Part shown: positions 12,701 to 20,615 of the stretch, one piece after another | How the letters are laid out: each line of letters opens with the position of its first letter | Position numbering within the stretch: position 1 is the stretch's first letter | Assembly: GCA_043228905.1 (NCBI GenBank) | Contig: JBHGNT010000564.1 | Span: forward strand, 1-20,615 | DNA length: 20,615 nt | From: Azolla caroliniana | Taxonomy: Eukaryota; Plantae; Polypodiophyta | Direction of reading: 5' to 3' | Position numbers and translations under genes: made by a program | Notes under the pieces: generated by a model | What the model was told of the DNA's origin: nothing | Databases searched by the model: none | Seen by the model: only the letters and a program-made list of their open reading frames with translations

Positions 12701-13681
12701 CTCACTCCTCAACTTTGGTAATTTCGTCATGTCTCTCGACCTGAGTTTCAAAATCTTGATTTACTAATTCCATATCATAGCTAGCGTTGTTAGCTTCGAT
12801 TCGCATGTTTGAACAGAAAAATTCGATATCACACGAGCCAGGTATGAACATTTTAATTTACTCAAGGGCTCCTCTCAACTCCCTCCTCAAGTTTGCTAAT
12901 TTCGTCATGTCTCTCGACCTGAGTTTCAAAATCTTGATTTTTGAATTCCATATCATAGCTAGCGTTGGTAGCTTCGATTCGCATGTTTGAACACAAAAAT
13001 CCGATATCACACGAGCCAGGTATGAACATTTTAATTTACATACGAGCTCTTCTCAACTCACTCCTCAAATTTGGTAATTTCGTCATGTCTCTCGACCTGA
13101 GTTTCAAAATCTTGATTTATTAATTCCATATCATAGCTAGCGTTGTTAGCTTCGATTCGCATGTTTGAACACAAAAATCCGATATCACACGAGCCAGGTA
13201 TGAACATTTACATTTACCCACTAGCTCTTCTCAACTCACTCCTCAACTTTGGTAATTTCGTCATGTCTCTCGACCTGAGTTTCAAAATCTTGATTTACTA
13301 ATTCCATATCATAGCTAGCGTTGTTAGCTTCGATTCGCATGTTTGAACACAAAAATTCGATATCACACGAGCCAGGTATGAACATTTTAATTTACTCAAG
13401 GGCTCCTCTCAACTCCCTCCTCAAGTTTGCTAATTTCGTCATGTCTCTCGACCTGAGTTTCAAAATCTTGATTTTTGAATTCCATATCATAGCTAGCGTT
13501 GGTAGCTTCGATTCGCATGTTTGAACACAAAAATCCGATATCACACGAGCCAGGTATGAACATTTTAATTTACATACGAGCTCTTCTCAACTCACTCCTC
13601 AAATTTGGTAATTTCGTCATGTCTCTCGACCTGAGTTTCAAAATCTTGATTTTTTAATTCCATATCATAGCTAACGTTGTT
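12614..13681. repeat. 3-monomer (534 bp) tandem duplication: M72-M74 / M75-M77
   Basis: The series cccactag with ctcaacttt, then attcgat with ctccctcctcaag, then ttacatacgag recurs at +534. ORF pair 12787/13321 agrees. Confidence 0.88.
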
Positions 13682-15635
13682 AGATTCCATTCGCATGTTT
13701 GAACACAAAAATCCGATATCACACGAGCTAGGTATGAACATTTTAATTTACTCAAGCGCTCCTCTCAACTCACTCCTCAAATTTGGTAATTTCGTCATGT
13801 CTCTCGACCTGAGTTTCAAAATCTTGAGTTTTTAATTCAATATCATAGCTAGCGTTGTTAGCTTCGATTCGCATGTTTGAACACAAAAATCCGATATGAC
13901 ACGAGCCAAGTATGAACATTTTAATTTACTCACGGGCTCCTCTCAACTCACTCCTCAAATTTAGTAATTTCATCATGTCTCTCGACCTGAGTTTCAAAAT
14001 CTTGATTTATTAATTCCATATCATAGCTAGCGTTGTTAGCTTCGATTCGCATGTTTGAACACAAAAATCGGATATCACACGAGCCAGGTATGAACATTTT
14101 AATTTACTGAAGGGCTCCTCTCAACTCACTACTCATGTTTGGTAATTTCATCATGTCTCTCGACCTGAGTTTCAAAATCTTGATTTATTAATTCCATATC
14201 ATAGCTAGCGTTGTTACCTTCGATTCGCATGTTTGAACACAAAAATCCGATATCACACGAGCCAGGTATGAACATTTTAATTTACTCAAGGGCTCCTCTC
14301 AACTCACTACTCATGTTTGCTAATTTCGTCATGTCTCTCGACCTGAGTTTCAAAATCTTGATTTTTGAATTCCATAACATAGGTAGCGTTGTTAGCTTCG
14401 ATTCGCATGTTTGAACACAAAAATCCGATATCACACGAGCCAGGTATGAACATTTTAATTTACTCAAGGGCTCCTCTCAACTCACTACTCATGTTTGCTA
14501 ATTTCGTCATGTCTCTCGACCTGAGTTTCAAAATCTTGATTTTTGAATTCCATATCATAGCTAGCGTTGGTAGCTTCGATTCGCATGTTTGAACACAAAA
14601 ATCCGATATCACACGAGCCAGGTATGAACATTTTAATTTACTCAAGGGCTGCTCTCAACTCACTACTCATGTTTGCTAATTTCGTCATGTCTCTCGACCT
14701 GAGTTTCAAAATCTTGATTTTCTAATTCCATATCATAGCTAGCGTTGTTAGCTTCGATTCGCATGTTTGAACACAAAAAGCCGATATCACACGAGCCAGG
14801 TATGACCGTTTTAATTTACTCAAGGGCTCCTCTTAGCTCACTCCTCAAATTTGGTAATTTCATCATGTCTCTCGACCTGAGTTTCAAAATCTTGATTTTT
14901 GAATTCCATATAATAGCTAGCGTTGTTAGCTTCGATTCGCATGTTTGAACAGAAAAAACGGATATCACACGAGCCAGGTATGAACATTTTAATTTACTCA
15001 AGGGCTCCTCTCAACTCACTACTCATGTTTGCTAATTTCGTCATGTCTCTCGACCTGAGTTTCAAAATCTTGATTTTTGAATTCCATATCATAGCTAGCG
15101 TTGTTAGCTTCGATTCGCATGTTTGAACACAAAAATCCGATATGACACGAGCCAGGTATGAACATTTTAATTTACTCAAGGGCTCCTCTCAAGTCCCTCC
15201 TCAAGTTTTGAAAATCTTGTCTCTCGACCTGAGTTTCAAAATCTTGATTTATTAATTCCATATCATAGCTAGCGTTGTTAGCTTCGATTCGCATGTTTGA
15301 ACACAAAAATCCGATATCACACGAGCCAGGTATGAACATTTTAATTTACTCAAGGGCTCCTCTCAACTCACTACTCATGTTTGCTAATTTCGTCATGTCT
15401 CTCGACCTGAGTTTCAAAATCTTGATTTTTGAATTCCATATCATAGCTAGCGTTGTTAGCTTCGATTCGCATGTTTGAACACAAAAATCCGATATCACAC
15501 GATCCAGGTATGAACATTTTAATTTACTCAAGGGCTCCTCTCAGCTCACTCCTCAAATTTGGTAATTTCATCATGTCTCTCGACCTGAGTTTCAAAATAT
15601 TGATTTATTAATTCCATATCATAGCTAGCGTTGTT

Positions 15636-17237
15636 ACCTTCGATTCGCATGTTTGAACAGAAAAATTCGATATCACACGAGCCAGGTATGAACATTTTAA
15701 TTTACTCAAGGGCTCCTCTCAACTCACTCCTCAAATTTGGTAATTTCGTCATGTCTCTCGACCTGAGTTTCAAAATCTTGATTTTTTAATTCAATATCAT
15801 AGCTAGCGTTGTTAGCTTCGATTCGCATGTTTGAACACAAAAATCCGATACGACACGAGCTAGGTATGAACATTTTAATTTACTCAAGGGCTCCTCTCAA
15901 CTCACTCCTCAAATTTGGTAATTTCGTCATGTCTCTCGACCTGAGATTCAAAATCTTGATTTTTCAATTCCATATCATCGCTAGCGTTGTTAGCTTCGAT
16001 TCGCATGTTTGAACACAAAAATCCGATATCACACGAGCCAGGTATGAACATTTTAATTTACTCCAGGGCTCCTCTCAGCTCACTCCTCAAATTTGGTAAT
16101 TTCATCATGTCTCTCGACCTGAGTTTCAAAATCTTGATTTTTGAATTCCATATCATAGCTAGCGTTGTTAGCTTCGATTCGCATGTTTGAACACAAAAAT
16201 CGGATATCACACGAGCCAGGTATGAACATTTTAATTTACTCAAGGGCTCCTCTCAACTCACTCCTCAAATTTGGTAATTTCGTCATGTCTCTCGACCTGA
16301 GTTTCAAAATCTTGATTTTTTAATTCAATATCATAGCTAGCGTTGTTAGCTTCGATTCGCATGTTTGAACACAAAAATCCGATACGACACGAGCTAGGTA
16401 TGAACATTTTAATTTACTCAAGGGCTCCTCTCAACTCACTCCTCAAATTTGGTAATTTCGTCATGTCTCTCGACCTGAGATTCAAAATCTTGATTTTTCA
16501 ATTCCATATCATCGCTAGCGTTGTTAGCTTCGATTCGCATGTTTGAACACAAAAATCCGATATCACACGAGCCAGGTATGAACATTTTAATTTACTCAAG
16601 GGTTCCTCTCAACCCACTCCTCAAATTTGGTAATTTCATCATGTCTCTCGACCTGTGTTTCAAAATCTTGATTTTTGAATTCCATATCATAGCTAGCGTT
16701 GTTAGCTTCGATTCGCATGTTTGAACACAAAAATCGGATATCACACGAGCCAGGTATGAACATTTTAATTTACTCAAGGGCTCCTCTCAACTCACTCCTC
16801 AAATTTGGTAATTTCGTCATGTCTCTCGACCTGAGTTTCAAAATCTTGATTTTTTAATTCAATATCATAGCTAGCGTTGTTAGCTTCGATTCGCATGTTT
16901 GAACACAAAAATCCGATACGACACGAGCTAGGTATGAACATTTTAATTTACTCAAGGGCTCCTCTCAACTCACTCCTCAAATTTGGTAATTTCGTCATGT
17001 CTCTCGACCTGAGATTCAAAATCTTGATTTATTAATTCCATATCATAGCTAGCGTTGTTAGCTTCGATTCGCATGTTTGAACACAAAAGGCCGATATCAC
17101 ACGAGCCAGGTATGACCATTTTAATTTACTCAAGGGCTCCTCTGAGCTCACTCCTCAAATTTGGTAATTTCATCATGTCTCTCGACCTGAGTTTCAAAAT
17201 CTTGATTTTTGAATTCCATATAATAGCTAGCGTTGTT
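15636..17237. repeat. 3-monomer (534 bp) higher-order repeat, about 3 imperfect copies (M89-M97)
   Basis: The monomer carrying gatacgacacgagcta and gagattcaaaa starts at 15814, 16348 and 16882, each preceded by a ttcaatat monomer. The third monomer of each unit differs. Confidence 0.85.
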
Positions 17238-17624
17238 AGCTTCGATTCGCATGTTTGAACACAAAAATCCGATATCACACGAGCTAGGTATGAACATTTT
17301 AATTTACTCAAGCGCTCCTCTCAACTCACTCCTCAAATTTGGTAATTTCGTCATGTCTCTCGACCTGAGTTTCAAAATCTTGAGTTTTTAATTCAATATC
17401 ATAGCTAGCGTTGTTAGCTTCGATTCGCATGTTTGAACACAAAAATCCGATATGACACGAGCCAAGTATGAACATTTTAATTTACTCACGGGCTCCTCTC
17501 AACTCACTCCTCAAATTTAGTAATTTCATCATGTCTCTCGACCTGAGTTTCAAAATCTTGATTTATTAATTCCATATCATAGCTAGCGTTGTTAGCTTCG
17601 ATTCGCATGTTTGAACACAAAAAT

Positions 17625-19404
17625 CGGATATCACACGAGCCAGGTATGAACATTTTAATTTACTGAAGGGCTCCTCTCAACTCACTACTCATGTTTGGTA
17701 ATTTCATCATGTCTCTCGACCTGAGTTTCAAAATCTTGATTTATTAATTCCATATCATAGCTAGCGTTGTTACCTTCGATTCGCATGTTTGAACACAAAA
17801 ATCCGATATCACACGAGCCAGGTATGAACATTTTAATTTACTCAAGGGCTCCTCTCAACTCACTACTCATGTTTGCTAATTTCGTCATGTCTCTCGACCT
17901 GAGTTTCAAAATCTTGATTTTTGAATTCCATAACATAGGTAGCGTTGTTAGCTTCGATTCGCATGTTTGAACACAAAAATCCGATATCACACGAGCCAGG
18001 TATGAACATTTTAATTTACTCAAGGGCTCCTCTCAACTCACTACTCATGTTTGCTAATTTCGTCATGTCTCTCGACCTGAGTTTCAAAATCTTGATTTTT
18101 GAATTCCATATCATAGCTAGCGTTGGTAGCTTCGATTCGCATGTTTGAACACAAAAATCCGATATCACACGAGCCAGGTATGAACATTTTAATTTACTCA
18201 AGGGCTGCTCTCAACTCACTACTCATGTTTGCTAATTTCGTCATGTCTCTCGACCTGAGTTTCAAAATCTTGATTTTCTAATTCCATATCATAGCTAGCG
18301 TTGTTAGCTTCGATTCGCATGTTTGAACACAAAAAGCCGATATCACACGAGCCAGGTATGACCGTTTTAATTTACTCAAGGGCTCCTCTTAGCTCACTCC
18401 TCAAATTTGGTAATTTCATCATGTCTCTCGACCTGAGTTTCAAAATCTTGATTTTTGAATTCCATATAATAGCTAGCGTTGTTAGCTTCGATTCGCATGT
18501 TTGAACAGAAAAAACGGATATCACACGAGCCAGGTATGAACATTTTAATTTACTGAAGGGCTCCTCTCAACTCACTACTCATGTTTGGTAATTTCATCAT
18601 GTCTCTCGACCTGAGTTTCAAAATCTTGATTTATTAATTCCATATCATAGCTAGCGTTGTTACCTTCGATTCGCATGTTTGAACACAAAAATCCGATATC
18701 ACACGAGCCAGGTATGAACATTTTAATTTACTCAAGGGCTCCTCTCAACTCACTACTCATGTTTGCTAATTTCGTCATGTCTCTCGACCTGAGTTTCAAA
18801 ATCTTGATTTTTGAATTCCATAACATAGGTAGCGTTGTTAGCTTCGATTCGCATGTTTGAACACAAAAATCCGATATCACACGAGCCAGGTATGAACATT
18901 TTAATTTACTCAAGGGCTCCTCTCAACTCACTACTCATGTTTGCTAATTTCGTCATGTCTCTCGACCTGAGTTTCAAAATCTTGATTTTTGAATTCCATA
19001 TCATAGCTAGCGTTGGTAGCTTCGATTCGCATGTTTGAACACAAAAATCCGATATCACACGAGCCAGGTATGAACATTTTAATTTACTCAAGGGCTGCTC
19101 TCAACTCACTACTCATGTTTGCTAATTTCGTCATGTCTCTCGACCTGAGTTTCAAAATCTTGATTTTCTAATTCCATATCATAGCTAGCGTTGTTAGCTT
19201 CGATTCGCATGTTTGAACACAAAAAGCCGATATCACACGAGCCAGGTATGACCGTTTTAATTTACTCAAGGGCTCCTCTTAGCTCACTCCTCAAATTTGG
19301 TAATTTCATCATGTCTCTCGACCTGAGTTTCAAAATCTTGATTTTTGAATTCCATATAATAGCTAGCGTTGTTAGCTTCGATTCGCATGTTTGAACAGAA
19401 AAAA
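17625..19404. repeat. 5-monomer (890 bp) tandem duplication
   Basis: ORF pairs 17767/18657, 17945/18835 and 18301/19191 are 890 apart. actgaagg, ccataacataggt, ttttctaa, tgaccgtt and gaacagaaaaaacgg each recur at +890. Confidence 0.92.
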
Positions 19405-20615
19405 CGGATATCACACGAGCCAGGTATGAACATTTTAATTTACTCAAGGGCTCCTCTCAACTCACTACTCATGTTTGCTAATTTCGTCATGTCTCTCGAC
19501 CTGAGTTTCAAAATCTTGATTTTTGAATTCCATATCATAGCTAGCGTTGTTAGCTTCGATTCGCATGTTTGAACACAAAAATCCGATATGACACGAGCCA
19601 GGTATGAACATTTTAATTTACTCAAGGGCTCCTCTCAAGTCCCTCCTCAAGTTTTGAAAATCTTGTCTCTCGACCTGAGTTTCAAAATCTTGATTTATTA
19701 ATTCCATATCATAGCTAGCGTTGTTAGCTTCGATTCGCATGTTTGAACACAAAAATCCGATATCACACGAGCCAGGTATGAACATTTTAATTTACTCAAG
19801 GGCTCCTCTCAACTCACTACTCATGTTTGCTAATTTCGTCATGTCTCTCGACCTGAGTTTCAAAATCTTGATTTTTGAATTCCATATCATAGCTAGCGTT
19901 GTTAGCTTCGATTCGCATGTTTGAACACAAAAATCCGATATCACACGATCCAGGTATGAACATTTTAATTTACTCAAGGGCTCCTCTCAGCTCACTCCTC
20001 AAATTTGGTAATTTCATCATGTCTCTCGACCTGAGTTTCAAAATATTGATTTATTAATTCCATATCATAGCTAGCGTTGTTACCTTCGATTCGCATGTTT
20101 GAACAGAAAAATTCGATATCACACGAGCCAGGTATGAACATTTTAATTTACTCAAGGGCTCCTCTCAACTCACTCCTCAAATTTGGTAATTTCGTCATGT
20201 CTCTCGACCTGAGTTTCAAAATCTTGATTTTTTAATTCAATATCATAGCTAGCGTTGTTAGCTTCGATTCGCATGTTTGAACACAAAAATCCGATACGAC
20301 ACGAGCTAGGTATGAACATTTTAATTTACTCAAGGGCTCCTCTCAACTCACTCCTCAAATTTGGTAATTTCGTCATGTCTCTCGACCTGAGATTCAAAAT
20401 CTTGATTTTTCAATTCCATATCATCGCTAGCGTTGTTAGCTTCGATTCGCATGTTTGAACACAAAAATCCGATATCACACGAGCCAGGTATGAACATTTT
20501 AATTTACTCCAGGGCTCCTCTCAGCTCACTCCTCAAATTTGGTAATTTCATCATGTCTCTCGACCTGAGTTTCAAAATCTTGATTTTTGAATTCCATATC
20601 ATAGCTAGCGTTGTT

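Larger units (their letters stand above)
1..20615. repeat. Tandem satellite DNA array, 178-bp monomer, 116 copies, single orientation (centromeric/heterochromatic-type satellite; family not identified)
   Basis: The unit agcttcgattcgcatgtttgaacacaaaaatccgatatcacacgagccaggtatgaaca...ttccatatcatagctagcgttgtt recurs every 178 bp. ORF-track starts are spaced by multiples of 178 (174, 708, 1064 ... 6226), with phase shifts of -25 near 7473 and -4 near 15210 and 19655. A centromeric role is inferred only from monomer length and homogeneity. Confidence 0.98.
13682..20615. repeat. 20-monomer-period duplication (3556 bp): M78-M91 repeated as M98-M116, the second copy containing an extra 5-mer
   Basis: The markers ttgagttt, gccaagt with ctcacggg, actgaagg, ccataacataggt and aaaagccg with tgaccgtt recur at +3556 (ORFs 14211/17767). 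Later markers recur at +4446 (14923/19369, 15275/19721, 15809/20255). Confidence 0.92.

Noticed and set aside
174-20458. Repeated 64-67 aa plus-strand ORFs (MLASIRMFEHK...) and 61 aa minus-strand ORFs
   Set aside because: They follow the monomer period, and 178 is not a multiple of 3. They appear or vanish with single stop-codon variants, mostly use non-ATG starts, overlap on both strands and show no recognisable domain. They are repeat by-products.
1-20615. CRISPR-like array or variable-cassette system (conserved blocks alternating with variable blocks)
   Set aside because: The variable parts are a few point alleles of the same sequence, not unique spacers. No cas, recombinase or reverse transcriptase gene is present.
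1-20615. Tandem 5S rRNA, tRNA, snRNA or spliced-leader gene array
   Set aside because: I found no recognisable 5S sequence, cloverleaf or Pol III A/B/C boxes. An Rfam/Infernal scan would be the formal test.
1-20615. Transposon insertion, inversion or telomeric repeat within the array
   Set aside because: The length is fully accounted for by 116 same-orientation monomers and three small indels, so no foreign sequence is present.
20438-20615. The window ends exactly in phase with its start (a whole number of monomers), which could suggest a circular or excised element
   Set aside because: This is more simply explained by the window having been cut at repeat-annotation boundaries. Nothing in the sequence indicates circularity.

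Overview
The whole window is one uninterrupted head-to-tail tandem array of a 178-bp satellite monomer (consensus about 38% GC by hand count). It holds 116 monomers in a single orientation: 116 x 178 = 20648, less one 25-bp and two 4-bp net deletions = 20615. This looks like eukaryotic centromeric, pericentromeric or subtelomeric satellite DNA, but I cannot assign a species or named family, and it does not resemble Arabidopsis CEN178 or primate alpha satellite as I recall them. I find no genes, RNA genes, CRISPR arrays or transposon insertions, and the 61-67 aa ORFs are by-products of the repeat. The interest lies in the array's architecture: nested higher-order repeats (3-, 5-, 6-, 13-, 20- and 24-mers), two sequence domains, a divergent monomer patch, chimeric junction monomers, complex indels and a hidden ~81-bp internal duplication in the monomer. 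I see no support for a new protein-coding system. Monomers are numbered M1-M116, with M1 starting at base 1.
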